From the human T2T-CHM13v2.0 reference genome, Homo sapiens: a stretch of DNA of 64,000 nucleotides. The stretch lies in the NCBI RefSeq assembly GCF_009914755.1, contig NC_060925.1, one strand, 5' to 3'. A model generated the notes under the pieces. That model ran no database searches. It was given only the letters and a program-made list of their open reading frames with translations, and was not told the DNA's origin. Positions within the stretch are counted from its first letter, which is position 1. Each line of letters opens with the position of its first letter. This document shows positions 14,830 to 28,800 of the stretch, piece by piece. The position numbers and the translations under genes are program-made.

Positions 14830-15230
14830 TGTATACACAGCATGGTGTCACATGGTTCTTAGAGTCAAAACTGTTTGGCATTCCAGCCTGCTACATATCT
14901 ACATATGAGGTTGGTCTTTATGACCTTGGATGGGCTATTTCACCTCTCCAACCCTCAGATTATTAATCTGTAAAATTGGGATTTTAATAGTTACCTTATA
15001 ATAATAACAGCCAATATTTATTGAGCATGTGCATGCCAGATACTGTTATTACCACTTTACATATGTTATCTGTTACCCTGTGCACTACAACCTTTTGAGG
15101 TAGAGGCTCTTATTATCCCCATTTTATAGCTGAGGAAAGAAAAGACAGAGAGGTTGAGTAACTTGCCCTGGTGGATACAGTTATTAAATGACAGAGCCAG
15201 GATTTGATCTCAGACTCCATGATTTCCAGT
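14830..15230. mobile_element. Two MIRs tail-to-tail (+ then -)
   Basis: tgaccttgg...ctcagattattaatctgtaaaattggg, then ccccattttatagctgaggaaa...agagaggttgagtaacttgccc. Confidence 0.75.
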
Positions 15231-15859
15231 CGTTGTCCATTCCCATTGTCTCACTAAGACTCAGGAGGACCAGTGGCAATCCCACATATTAACCTCATAG
15301 CACAGTGTCTGATGGGTAGGAGGCATTAAGAAAGGGCTGATTCATTCATCATCTCTTTTTCCCTACAATGAACAATGTCACATGGACACAGAGAGGGAAT
15401 ATTTCTTTCCCTGAATTGTTGGGAATTAGGTTCGTTGTTTTAAGCTCTAGAAATCACATCCTGAGAATGTGCCCAGATTTGCAGATATACATCGATTCAC
15501 ATCTCAGCTGGAGAGGGTGAAATACCATTTGGAATTCTGCATCCAGATCTTCTGAGGGAAAAGGGGGTAAATCAAAGGCATCCACAGATCTTTTCCTTTT
15601 TAGTTACAGACCTGGAAAAGGCATTTTTCTGCCACTTCCTCATTGGGAATGTAACTCTCCTCCCTCTATATTAACAAAGCTGTAGCATATGTTTCCCTTG
15701 TGTTCTTAAATCACCTTACATAGCACCAAACATGTGCTGTACATCCAAAAAATGGTTGTTGAATCAAGTGGAGTTCTTTGAGTGAGCAAGGGAAAGTTGG
15801 GATTTGTACCGAGGAAGCAGCAGGTGAGTTTGGGAAGGACATCTTTTTGCTATGTGAGT

Positions 15860-16305
15860 GGACACCTCCATTGGCTTGGGTGGCTGCAGAACCTGCCTCC
15901 CCCTTCACACATCCTCCCTTGTTCCCTCTCCCTGGCAGCTTAAGCAAGAGCACTAAGCTTGGCCAGTTGGAACGCCAGCCATGCCCAGTCTTGTGTTTTG
16001 AGGGAGCTAAGCAGAGAGACAGGATTACTACAGATGCCTCAGAGGTAGCAGCAGAATCGAGGGTGGTGGCAGTGGTGGGGATAAGTCCCCAAAGCCAGCA
16101 GTACCAGAGTCTGTCTCCTAACAGGCTTCCTCTGGCAGCACCTTGGTTGTATTCTCAGCTGTCTGTGCTTATTTTTCTGAGCTTGATTCTCCAGGTTTCC
16201 TGTTGACTCTGAGAGGCACTGCCTATCTGTCCAATAAATTCCTTTCCTGGGTAGGTGAGCCAGAGTCCACTTCTGTAGTTTGCAACCAAAAACCTTGACA
16301 GGTAG
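15860..16305 (+). mobile_element. Old ERVL-class LTR (LTR33/MLT-like)
   Basis: 3' end aataaattcctttc...agccagagtccacttctgtagtttgcaaccaaaaaccttgac. Confidence 0.55.
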
Positions 16306-17574
16306 AAGTTAGGGAAAAATCACATGCTGTTTCTAAAACTACTCACCAAAGGAAAATGAGGAGGGGTTGGGGGCAATATTCTACAGGGTAGATGATGATA
16401 AGGACAAGGTTTTCTGAGTGAGCCAAGTATTTCTGGTAGAAAACAAGGTTTAAGCAAACTGGAGAAGGATTGCACCTGGCTTTGAAATATAAGGGAATGT
16501 TGTCTAAACCTGAAATACGGGTTTGGGCTTTGAATGGAGCCCTTTGGGGACCTTGCCTATGTGGGACATGCTGGGGCCTGGAGCTTTGGGGAACTTACAC
16601 TGGGTTTGAAAAGCACCTGCCAGGGAGCTGAGGCGTCTCAGCTGCAGCTGACATGGCAGTGCTGAGACCCAAAACACCTGTGTGGTAAGACTGGCGAAAG
16701 ATCAAGGACACTTTACAGACCTCCTCTTGGGATAAAGTGTAGGACCTGTGCCATTGCATAAATTCCTTTTATGTTAACTTGCTCCTTGTCACCCTATCAG
16801 CTAGATTAAAACCACAGTCAGTTGTAGTAACATCAGCAGAGGGAGAAGGAAGTGGTTTTGTCTAGAGGTCACACTTAGTGGTTATACTGACGCCTGCTGC
16901 CATTGCTTGCTTTTCTTGGTTGACAGAACAGAGCAGCTTTTATGTACATCATCCTTGACTACAGCTCTTCAGTGCCTTTGCTAGTCATTGAGGTTAGAAA
17001 ACCAAACATAGGATGATTTTTTTTAAAGTATATTATTTCTTCTTCATTTTAACAATAATATAGATTGTGGTCTGTGCCTACAAATAACATATCAGTTGTT
17101 CAGACTACTAATTCTCTTTCTAGGATTCATATCCTCTCCCCTCACAAATTCTGCTCAGCACTAAGTTACCTACCTTACTGGTGGAGCCAAGCACCTTGAT
17201 GTATACCTGTACTATTCTGGTACAGGAGGAAACCCAGAGAATTGCCAGCTGATCACAGCTGAAGCCAACAGCTGATCACATCTGAAGGCAAGCATACTGC
17301 TTGTTGGTGTGCCTGTTCACCTTATTTAAGTAAACACAGACTGGAAGCAGCTGAGAGGAGAAGACTTTTACTATGTTTTTCTCTGTCTACCAACTCTTCT
17401 TTATTTGACTGTGAATTCTTCAGAGATTGAACCCTTGCATTTCTTATCCTTTAGTTCTTCAGCATCTATAGTAATGGTGGGGAAGGAATACTGATGTTTT
17501 GAACACCTGTGAATGAATCCAGCCGAGGGCCTCTCTCCCATGGGTGTGTCTGAAGGACATGCCATCTGGCATGA

Positions 17575-17980
<406 letters not shown>

Positions 17981-18290
17981 TAAGCCAGTTTCTTATATTG
18001 ACCTTTGTAATTTTATTTTTGGTATTAGTTAATGTGTACATAGGCGTTATCACCTCATTGGAAGTTAAAAGAAAAGTAGTGCTAGCTTTTTAATTTTTTA
18101 AAAATTTATTTCATGTTTTCAAGCAGGGATAGGTTGTAGAGTAAAAACAGGAAAAAAAGGACTAAAGACCTAAAAATACACTTTCATGGAGGGCATCAAT
18201 TGCCTAAATGTTTTCTTCTTGAGTACTTTCCAAATCCTAACAAATCAATTCTTCCCAGACTTGAAGAGCCCTCCTTTAAATACCTCTTTA

Positions 18291-18595
<305 letters not shown>

Positions 18596-19384
18596 CTTCT
18601 TTAGTCTGTTTTTGGAAATTTCCATCTGACCAGACTCTGGGCCTTCTAGGAGACAGGGTGTAGGCAGAGTTAATAGGATTTTTGCAGAATACCTTGAAGC
18701 TGTGGGAAGCCCCAGTGCATCCTTTGCATTGCAACCAGTACCAAGCCGACTATGCATTTCCTCAGTCAGTTGTGATGGTCTGATGTCAATTCCTGTTGGT
18801 TCAGGGTCCGAGGAGCCTTCTTCAGCTTGTTCCAGATAAGCCTGAAGCCTCCCTGAATCTGTGATCCCCTGTAGGATTCAGGAGTGTGAGCTTTGAGCAT
18901 TCTGTGGATCAAGGCCTCTTGCACAGCCTGGTGGCAGTGAGATGCCTTTGTTCATGCTCAAGCACTTGTCTTTCCCGTAATTGCCTAGAGTTTGGTAGCT
19001 TCGTTGTTACAGTCACCGTCACCTTGTACTGTGAAGGTTTATCATTCTATGTCATTATGTGCATGCATGTGAACATGTGTGAACATTTTTTTTTTTCTTG
19101 TAGTGATGGTTAATATGCAGAACTTTGATCAGATATTGTTTTTCTTACTCCTGAACTAGAACTACCTTCTTCATTTATTATTTTATTATTGTGAGGGTTA
19201 TTATAAAGAACTACAACTCTAAAATACAAATGTTTTGATGATATCATAGAAATACATTGGTGCTAACATCAGCACAACTAGTGAAAATATGTCTTGCCCA
19301 GCTGTGTAACTTTCAAATAGTTTCCCAGAAGCCATAGCCTTAAGCATGTCAGTCAAAGGAATGACTTAAGCAAATGGAAGCGTG

Positions 19385-19499
19385 CCTACCTTTCTGCCTG
19401 CCTTCTTGCCTGCCTGCCTTCCTTCCTGCCTTCCTTCCTGTCTTCCTTCCTGCCTTCCTTCCTGCCTTCCTGCCTTCCTGCCTTCCTTCCTTCCTGCCT

Positions 19500-19535
<36 letters not shown>

Positions 19536-19612
19536 TCCTACCTGCCTGCCTTCCTGCCTTCCTCTCTCTCTCTCTCTCTTCTTCCCTTTCCTCCTTCCTT
19601 TTTTCCTTCCAT
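19385..19612. repeat. Compound CCTG/CCTT tetranucleotide tract plus (CT)n, with a pure (CCTG)8 core at 19501-19532
   Basis: Read directly from the sequence. Confidence 0.97.
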
Positions 19613-20865
19613 CCTTTATTTAGAGATTTGGTCAGAGTAGAAAGTATCTTAGTAGGATTGCTTCTCCCTATGGTACAACATGATGTAGTGTGATAATACA
19701 TTACTGTTCATGATACGTAGAACCTGTTCAACATTACGTGCTTTGGGCTCTGGCCCATAGCTTGCCTGATCTGGGACCTGAACGTAAAGATACTTATCAT
19801 CGACATGCTGTGTGTTCTTTAAAAGTAAAGCTATATCAAAGATACTTATATTTAATGAGATGATTGCACCTGTCTGTCATTGCAATTAAAACATTTATGA
19901 GATCATCAAACACCTTTTTGAGTGCTCCTCAATGTATTGCTCTTGGTATGATATCCTATCCATCATAGTCCTATGCAAATAATTATATTAGCAAAGTATG
20001 TTGAAGTGTGTTGGCGCCTTAAATAAAATATCAATTGCCAGGTACGTTAGGGGTGAACCCCAGGCCAACTTTCATAGTAGAGCTATGACTAATCAGATGG
20101 TGTTTAAGTTAATAACTCTTCCCAGAAGCCAAGTATTAAAGAAAGTGAAAGATGGTGGTCCTTTGTGTGGGAATCCAAGCACCTGCTGAATGGTGCCTGA
20201 TTATTTTGTCAGGGGGTTTCAAACAGTCTCCCCATTTGTGACAGGTAAATCCTGAAAGAGCAAAAAGGCTGGATTGTCAGTCAGAGACTGAGCAGCCACT
20301 TTGCATTTGGTGAGTTTGTTGAATTACCTAATATTAATCTACATAACCAAGGGAAGTGTCTGTCTGTTCAAGAGAAGGACATAGATGTCTCAACTGAAAC
20401 AGGTTAACTGAGGTCATGGAGTTGAGAAAGTCCGCTTTTTCCTCATCTTCATATAATGAAGTCTTTCCTTCTCATTATGATCTGACATTAACCAGCAGGC
20501 GGACCATGTCTAGGTGTCTTGACCTTTTGAGGTTATGTGGCTTCCTCTGTAAGATGAGGGAGTTTTTTAGTTGGTGTCCCTCTAGTCATATGTCTGTGCT
20601 GCCTTTGACAACTGGTGATGGCCGTACCAAAACTGTCACCACAATTGGGAAGCTGTGGGAAGCCCCGGTACATCCTTTGTGTTGCCGCCAGTACCAAGCC
20701 AACTCTGGATTCCCACAGTCAGGTGTGACCAAACCAAAACTGACCATACCAAAACTAGTCACAATATCAACTGGCACAATGTATTAGAGTTTTTGGCTTG
20801 AGTTGAACTCCTATCATATGAGACAAGTCCTGGCATCATTCTGCATTATTCTGGTCGTGATGGTA

Positions 20866-21219
20866 TGTATTAGTCTGTTTTCACACTGCTGATAAAGACA
20901 TACCCAAGACCGGGCAAATTCCAAAGGAAAGAGGCTTAATGACTTACAGTTCCACATGGCTGGGGAGGCCTCACAATCATGGCGGAAGGCAAGGAGGAGC
21001 AAGTCATATCTTATGTGGATGGCAGCAGGCAAAAAAAGAGATTGGGCAGGGGAACTCCCCGTTGTAATACTGTCAGATCTCGTGAGACTTATTTGCTATC
21101 AAGAGAACAACGTGGGAAAGACCTGCCCCATGATTCAATTACCTCCCACTGAGTCCCTCCCATGGAATACATGGGAATTCAAGATGAGATTTGGATGGGG
21201 ACACAGCCAAACCATATCA
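20866..21219 (-). mobile_element. THE1 (THE1B-like) MaLR solo LTR
   Basis: Reverse strand begins TGATATGGTTTGGCTGTGTCCCC and ends ...CTAATACA; 5-bp TSD tggta/tagta. Confidence 0.92.
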
Positions 21220-21506
21220 TAGTACAAGCTTGGAATCTGTGTTGCAGGGTCTTAGAAAAGAGACCATTTTGTAAAAGAGGGAAAAGGAGGACTGTGAACC
21301 TTCTTCAGTGGAGTTTGAATTCTGTAATAAATTCTGTGAATAGTTTAGCTACAATATTCCTGTCTAAATGGGAAAGACTAGATGATCTCTTGTACATTGG
21401 CAACATAGCTGTATCGGTCAGAAATTTTAGTTGTGCTAAAAATAATTCAGTCTGGCTACTTAACATAAAATAAAAAAGTATTAAACATTTTAAGAAACTT
21501 ATTTAA

Positions 21507-21840
<334 letters not shown>

Positions 21841-23584
21841 TAATTTTTCAGATTAAAAAAACAAAGGGACACTGGTTAGTTCATAGAATGTCTGGAGGGC
21901 CTGGCAGCCTGTGTTTGTAGCACCCAGCTACCCTATGGGGCTGTCTCCACTGGAAACACCTCTACCTCTGCTTCTAGCAGCCAGGACACTCAGGACCTAA
22001 CATCAGGAATGTGGCCGCTTCCACCCCTAAACAACTACATAGCTTGTCATCGTGGATGGCAAAAGATTGAGTCCCCTAAATTAAACTGCTGCTTTTTAGA
22101 ATCCAAGTGCTGGTGAGGCTTCATCAGATTCATGGGACCCATTTTATCTGCTTGTACCTAGTTGCAAGGGAGTCTAGGGTTTTAAGTTTTCTGGCTTGGC
22201 CTTGAGATGATGGGACTTGTAAAGTAGGGAATTATCAAAATTGTCGTGCCTTAAAGATATTAGGCAGCCATAAAATTTTCGGTATGGGATTTTCAGTGTT
22301 GGGCAACTCCAGGAGGGAATGGTATGCACGACAAGATGGAGTTGAAGAGATACGGGATGTGACTCCTGGGTACCGTTCACTATTCCCACGAATCCCTCAC
22401 CTCCCAGAGGATGTCCCCATTTGCAATACTCTTGGGGTGACTGTCTAACATAGTGGTCTCTCCTGGGGGTTTCTCAACTGCCACTTGGCGTCTCAGCCCT
22501 TCTTCCCCAAAGCCTCAAAAGCTAGATGGAAAGGAAAGAGGCTCTGTTCATGTCTGCATTCAGTGGACATATTACAAATGCTAACAAAAGGCTTAAGTCC
22601 ATTATTATTATTATTCTTATTTGTTGTTTTTGTATATAAATATGCCTAAGGTTTCAAAGATCCAGTGATGTATTTAGCTAATGCTTATGTTGTTATAATG
22701 TACTAGGGTGTTCATTCTCAGATTGGTCTGAGTAAGAAAAATGAAATAATGATAGCTGCTCTAAGAAGCCTGATAACAGATTCTGGCTGATGGAGCAAAT
22801 ATTCTGCTGCTTGATAAACTCATAGAACTGTGGGACCTCTGTTATTGCTATTTTAGTAATGGAAATGTCCCTATACTAGTTTCCAAGAATATCAGTAAAT
22901 AACACCTATGGGCCTAGGAGAGGTGCTGAAGCAAATGTGGAGGATGAGGGACGGGAAGGAGAGGATTCCTGGGAGTTACTGAATTTTTAAATTGGAAAGG
23001 GTTTTAGAGACTAAGCCATTTGCCTAAAGGAAAAAAAGTAGTAAAAATAAATAATAATTTACTACTTGCTACCTTCTACTGAGTCCTAATTATGTGCTGA
23101 GGTTTTTATTAGATCGTCTCATTGAATCTTCACAGAACCCTTTAAGGCAGGCAATGATTCTCCGTTTCTCAGATACCTAGACTGAGGCTTAGAGATGTTA
23201 TGGAACCCTCTTTGTCACAGAGTGTGTTCTGTATAGAGCTGAGATTTGAACCCGAATTTGCTGTGAAGCACCAAGATACACCCTAAGAATAGAGCCTGAC
23301 ATCGTATCTGTCTTAGGATGGTTCTGCCCATTCTAGTTAATTGCTTTGAAAACTTCATTGCTCACCCTACCCAGACTGACACTGCTTCTGAAGGTTTTTT
23401 CAGGCCAACTGCTCCATCTTCATGAACCTTGGCCTTGTGACCTTCCCTTTTTCTTACTGATTTCATCTAATCTTGCACTGGGCGTGTATTTAGTTCCTGT
23501 CTTTGCATGGCAATAAGCTAAGTAAAAAACAATGCAAGGACCTTTTTAGCTAAGGGACTTGCCTTGTAGAAGTTTATAATCAGA

Positions 23585-23666
23585 AATATATATACACACA
23601 AATATATAATATAATCTATATAATATAATGTATATAACATGTATTTTATATAACATATGTATAATA

Positions 23667-23698
<32 letters not shown>

Positions 23699-23720
23699 TA
23701 GCTCTGTCTATATATATACA
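23585..23720. repeat. AT-rich low-complexity region with (TG)n
   Basis: TA/TG dinucleotide runs. Confidence 0.85.
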
Positions 23721-24879
23721 GGCAGAGCAATAACTTCGACCCTGGCAGAACTACAGAGAAGCAGTGGACATTTGGGTCAAGACCAGAAGCCTTAGATTAT
23801 AGTCCCTGGGTAGCTGCTTCAGCTTCAAGACATCACATGGACCCCTGTCATAATTTAAATAGTTTCACAGTAGATCATTGGCATTCAAAGATTTAATATT
23901 CTTGGTTTCACCTATTAAGAAATGGCCACAAATCTACAGGATGTAATCAGCTGTAATTTTGCCGAGACAACGCATTTCAAATACTTGTGCAGGAGTGAGC
24001 CGTTTAGCTAGTGAGAGAGCCCAGCCAGCTACCAGCAGCCCCATCTTGATGAGTGAGACTCTCAGATGTGGGGATTCCCAGAGGTCTCAGGACAACAAGG
24101 CTCGAGGTAGATGCAGTTCACACTTCCTGTATTGTTGTTTCCTAGCCTTTCCTAGTCTCAGGTGTTGCAGGCAGTGAGCTACGGGAGGTCAGCAGGCTGT
24201 CCTGGCTGTACACAAATGGCTGCCCCCTTCTCCCACTTCTCCCTCCAGAGTGGGTGGAGTGCTATTTGCAGATCTCTCCCTGATTGATAGGGCTTGTCTT
24301 TAGAAATGGAGTGATTGATGTCCATTTCTACATGCCTTTCCTAGGTGAATTCCTCCTTTACGTTTGGTCAGGAACTATGTCATACCACCCTCCTGTCATC
24401 TGTTCCCAACAGTCAGGCCTTGGCTACATGGTCCTGAACTTGTCTTTTCAGCACTCTGTGGAATGAGCATAAAGTCACACCCAAGCGACCAGTCTTTCCT
24501 AGGAAGACCTTTGTTTACCTAAGCAATTTGTAAGGGATGGGTATATTATGCTTAATGTTTCCCCACCAGACCCGATTGTGTCTTGATTTGGGGCGGTGGT
24601 TCGACTTTGAGGGTCAGACTTTACTCCTGTAGCAAAAGTTGGACAAATGTATACAAATTCTCTCACCTCTCACACGCCAACATCTTCCTCCACCCACCCC
24701 ACCTCCACCATGACTTAGGATCACCTGAGAGAGAAATACAAGGTCTCCCAGCCAGGGCCCTGCTGGGCTGTCTCCTGAGGTGATCTTTAGATAGGTGTCG
24801 ATAACAGGGAGCCTCCGAGCCCTGCCAAAATCACTTGGCCACAGCCCCAAGATAATATTTGAAGTTCTTGTGCTCAAGA

Positions 24880-25260
24880 GTGTCAAAGTGTAACATACTC
24901 TTCCCCTTTCGCCTTACCTTCCCCAGGCGCAGCCAACACTTGACATCTTTTTATCAGATGAGCTTGGCACTGCCAGGACCGGCTCCTCGCGCCAATGTGG
25001 CAGCAGCCACAGCCCCTCAGCTTGTTAGACTGAAAGAATGTGCCGTTTTAATTAATGATATGTAAATATCCTTGAATGGGCCGCATTTGCATATTAAGAG
25101 AGATTTGCGGAATCTGCGGAGTAATATATTTTAATTAAGGATTAATTAAAAATAATGGGAATTTCATTTCGCCTGGCAGAATCCGTTTAGATTTTAGCAC
25201 ACGTCTGCTTGGGAGTCTGGTAGGAAGACTGTGTGTTACGATTCCCGCAGATGAGAGAGG
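24880..25260. promoter_or_regulatory. Candidate highly conserved non-coding enhancer
   Basis: Repeat-free with CpGs retained in an AT-rich context. CCAAT near 24992, TTAATTAA three times (about 25048, 25131, 25142), octamer ATTTGCAT about 25085-25092. Confidence 0.6.
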
Positions 25261-26064
25261 CACTCCTGTGTTTATCATCTTGGAGCCCCACTCTGGGGAG
25301 CAAAGGGAATATAAAGGGGGTAACATTTTCCTCTTACCTCCCCCATCACCCACCCCTCTTCTTCCCTCCTCTTTGTGATTTTAGGGCTGTTTTGGTATTC
25401 TTTATGGTAAAGTAAGTAAATGGCTCTGAGACACGGAACACTAGTTGTGTTGGCAATTATGTTAATGGGATGCTATTAGGCTATGATTCTATATGAGCAA
25501 TTGGGGAGAAGAAATGCCTTACTGAGAGAGAATGATACAACAGACGTCTGTCTTATTGATATAGCTCCAGTGGTGCTTTCTGCATAATTACACTCGTCCA
25601 CTTTCTTGAGGTTGGGGAGAAACCGCTGCACTGGGAATTAAGAGCAAGGGATTGGGATAAGGGGCGCCCTCTCCCAAATCCACAGAGGACATGGGGTGGG
25701 GGCACATTCTTCTAGCAGATGTGGGTGTTGCAGGTGAGCAAAACTTGTTTCACAGAAATTTTATTCTCTTCTTTTCCTTCTACTTCCAGGAAGTAGTCTT
25801 AAGTATGGGCTGGGTTCTAGCTCCAATAGTCCTCTCCAGAAGTAGAATTTTTTAGAATGTACACACTGCCTCTCTGACCTTCTGTCTCTGGGCACACCCT
25901 ACTTCCCTTTCCTGGGTTCATGCAACAAATCCTCATACTCCTAGGGAGTTCACTATTCTGTTCTTAGCCCTAAACACATGTTCACAGCCTTCTAATATTT
26001 CCTGCTACCCAATTGGCCTTTCCTTTGTGTATATCCATGTTGGGCATTGTCACAGACCGTCATG

Positions 26065-26190
26065 AAGTGTCTATTATTGCTTTACTTTCTGTTTCTCCCT
26101 TCAAGTCAGTTGGTTCTTGTTTTGTGTATTTAGGTGCTCTGATGTTGGGTGCATATATATTTCTGATTGCTATATTGTCTTGATGAATTA
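26065..26190 (-). mobile_element. Old L1 ORF2 (endonuclease region) fragment
   Basis: ttaggtgctctgatgttgggtgcatatatattt is characteristic of antisense L1 ORF2. Confidence 0.7.
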
Positions 26191-27099
26191 TCATTGACCC
26201 TCATGGTCTGGGCTTCTGTAAGCCCTTTCCACCCTTCCAATTCCAAAGCTGCCAGCAGTATCAAGATTTGACTACCAGCTCACAATATTTCCTCCTGCAC
26301 ATCTGGCTGCTATGAGAGTGTGAGAGTACTAAGCCATAGGCAGAGTCCATGAGGAGTGGGACTCTGCCCTCAAGTGACCAGAGGCGCCTCCTGAGGGCTT
26401 CCACCATGGAAAAGGAATATTTGGTTTCTTCCCTTTACACCCTCAGGGAGGTCCAGGGGAAACTGCCTAGGACCTCTCTAAGAGCTGATGGCCTGAGGCT
26501 TGCATCTTTTGTTTTGATGACTGATAGGCTGAAGAAGTGCTGGGGAGGAACCTGGAGGCCAGGGATTTTGCAATTATGCTTCCCCACTCAATCCCTTTCC
26601 AGGAGAATACCCTGGTGGGAAATTTCAGCACTTCCACTGGAAGCCTTAACTCAGTTTTCCCCTTACTCTCATTAAAAAATATGTATGTCAGCTATCCCTC
26701 CTTCCTTTCCACCCCGTGTGACTCCTGTATTTATGGATTTAGGGGAAATCCACCTATAGGCACTGCTGCTACGGCCTTTCCTTGCAGACATTCTGACATC
26801 TCAATAGCCAGCTGACTGAAGGCCTGTGGGGTCAGGTTTGAGAGGTAGATGGGGAGCAGGCAAGAGAGCATTTGAAGCTGAATGTATCAAGACTGCCAAG
26901 ACTAAGAGAGAGAAAGGGGCTTTTAGAGGCATAAAGCAACTCTGGGGCAGAAAAATGGAGTACTGAGAATAGCAGAGAGAGGAAAATAGCAGAGAGAGGA
27001 AAAAGAAAGTGATAGGGCAAGGCTTCTTGTAAACCAAGGCCTGGATGCCGTTAAGATTGAGGGGACAGTGAACAAAGCATTGGGGGGAGGATCAGAAGG

Positions 27100-28800
27100 G
27101 GTGTTTTCTTTCTGCCTGTGTCCCTGCGCCCGTGTGCACTTTGCAAAGGCAGCAGTGCCTTATCTAATGCAAATGGAGAAAATGCAGTTTCTGGTAAGTG
27201 TTCCCTAATAAATAACATCAAGTCTTCTTCCCTATCAGCCAGTGACATCCCGCATTTCTCTTCCCCATGCACCAGCCCAAGACATTTAATGATGTGGTGC
27301 TCCTTATGGGATGTGAGGTCCATGCTAATGTCTCCACTCACAAAATGGTGGGAACAGATTTCAGCTCGATTCAGTTATTCTGCACCGACAGAAATCACAA
27401 AACAAATATATATGTGTTTTTCAAGTGCTAAGATAGCCCTTTTTTTTTTTTTAAAGTCAGAGAAGTTACTCTTGGTTTTTGTTTTGTTTTTCCTTTTCAT
27501 TATATAGAAATTTGTCCAGGGCTAGTTCTTGGTTGCTGGAGGATTTCATTAATGAAATGAAGTAAAAATAATCAATTTCAGATGTTTCCAGTGTTGGTGG
27601 TAATGGTCTCTCTAACAATTCTGATTAGCCGTGTGAGGTGGAATTTTTCTTTTAAATGACTGCACGTTGACATTAAAGATGGGCAAACTTTGTGTGTGAG
27701 TGCATGCATGTGCATACACTCGCCTGCCAGTGCATGTGCCTGCCTGGAGCTGGGTGTGAGGCTTGTGTTCATTCTTGCCCTTTCCCTTGCTGTTTTACCG
27801 CCTGCTTCATCTTTAGTTTCCCCTGTCGTTACCCTTTCCCTCCATCAGTATGATTTCTGAAAGGCTGTTCTCTGTCCTTTGCTCTCTCCTCCTCATAAGT
27901 CTAGGCCATTTCTGGGAACATGTGTGTAAGGCTGATTTTTTCTGGGGGGCAGGGAGTGGTAAGTGGTGGGGGAGGTTAAGAGTAAGCAGGTTAAATCTGC
28001 ATTCAAATCAATAGAAAGCCTCTGCGCCTTTGGAATGAGGGTTTTGTGTGAGTGTGGGTGTCTGAGTCAGTGGTATATATTATCCTGGTATCTGCCAGCC
28101 CAACTGGGAGCTCATCAGACAGAGCCTGCTTGCCCATATGCCTTACCTTCCCTTTCTTCTCCAGACCCTCTTGTACTTTCAAAGAATGAATAAATTAAAT
28201 TGAAGAGAGTCCACCGTGGATTCTTCATTATTAATTTGTTTCTTTTTATTTATTTTTCATGCATTTTTCTTACTCTGATTGTTTTTCTTTCTGTTTTTTT
28301 TTTTTCCCCTTTTATTCCCCTGTTGACACACCACATATACAGCCCTCCCTTCTCTCTCTGTGAACAGCTCTCTTCCCTGTATACGAACAGTCATGGAGAG
28401 TGATTTCTCTGCAGCGTGTCTGTCTCTACATAGATACTCATGGGTGTAAACACACCAGAGAGGGCCACTGCATGTGTTTATTGTTGTACTTTTTCCCTTT
28501 GATAAGCTGTCATCGGTGGGCACTGCTCAGGGGACTTGATCCCAGTAATCTCTCGACCCCATGGAAGACATTTAACACCCTTCCAGACCCTGTGCTCTGC
28601 CTCTGTCTCTGAACCTTTCACTCTCCTTTAATGAGAATTTCTCCTAATTATTTCAGTGGCTGCAGCAGAGGGACCGCAGTGTACTTAGATCTCGATACTG
28701 AGACGTGACTGTTATGCTGATAAAGGCAAGAGATCAATAATTTAGGCCCCAGCTTTAATGGCAAAGCTGAGAGCTTAAGTGTCTGCATTCAGGTTGAGTC
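27100..28800. promoter_or_regulatory. Repeat-poor block with enhancer-like motifs
   Basis: Octamer ATGCAAAT 27167-27174, CTGATAA (GATA) about 28718, several TAAT cores and TGACA sites; no recognisable TE. Confidence 0.4.

Noticed and set aside
19366-19701. Repetitive ORFs (LPAF/CLPS, GRQA/GRKE)
   Set aside because: Translations of the CCTG/CCTT tract.
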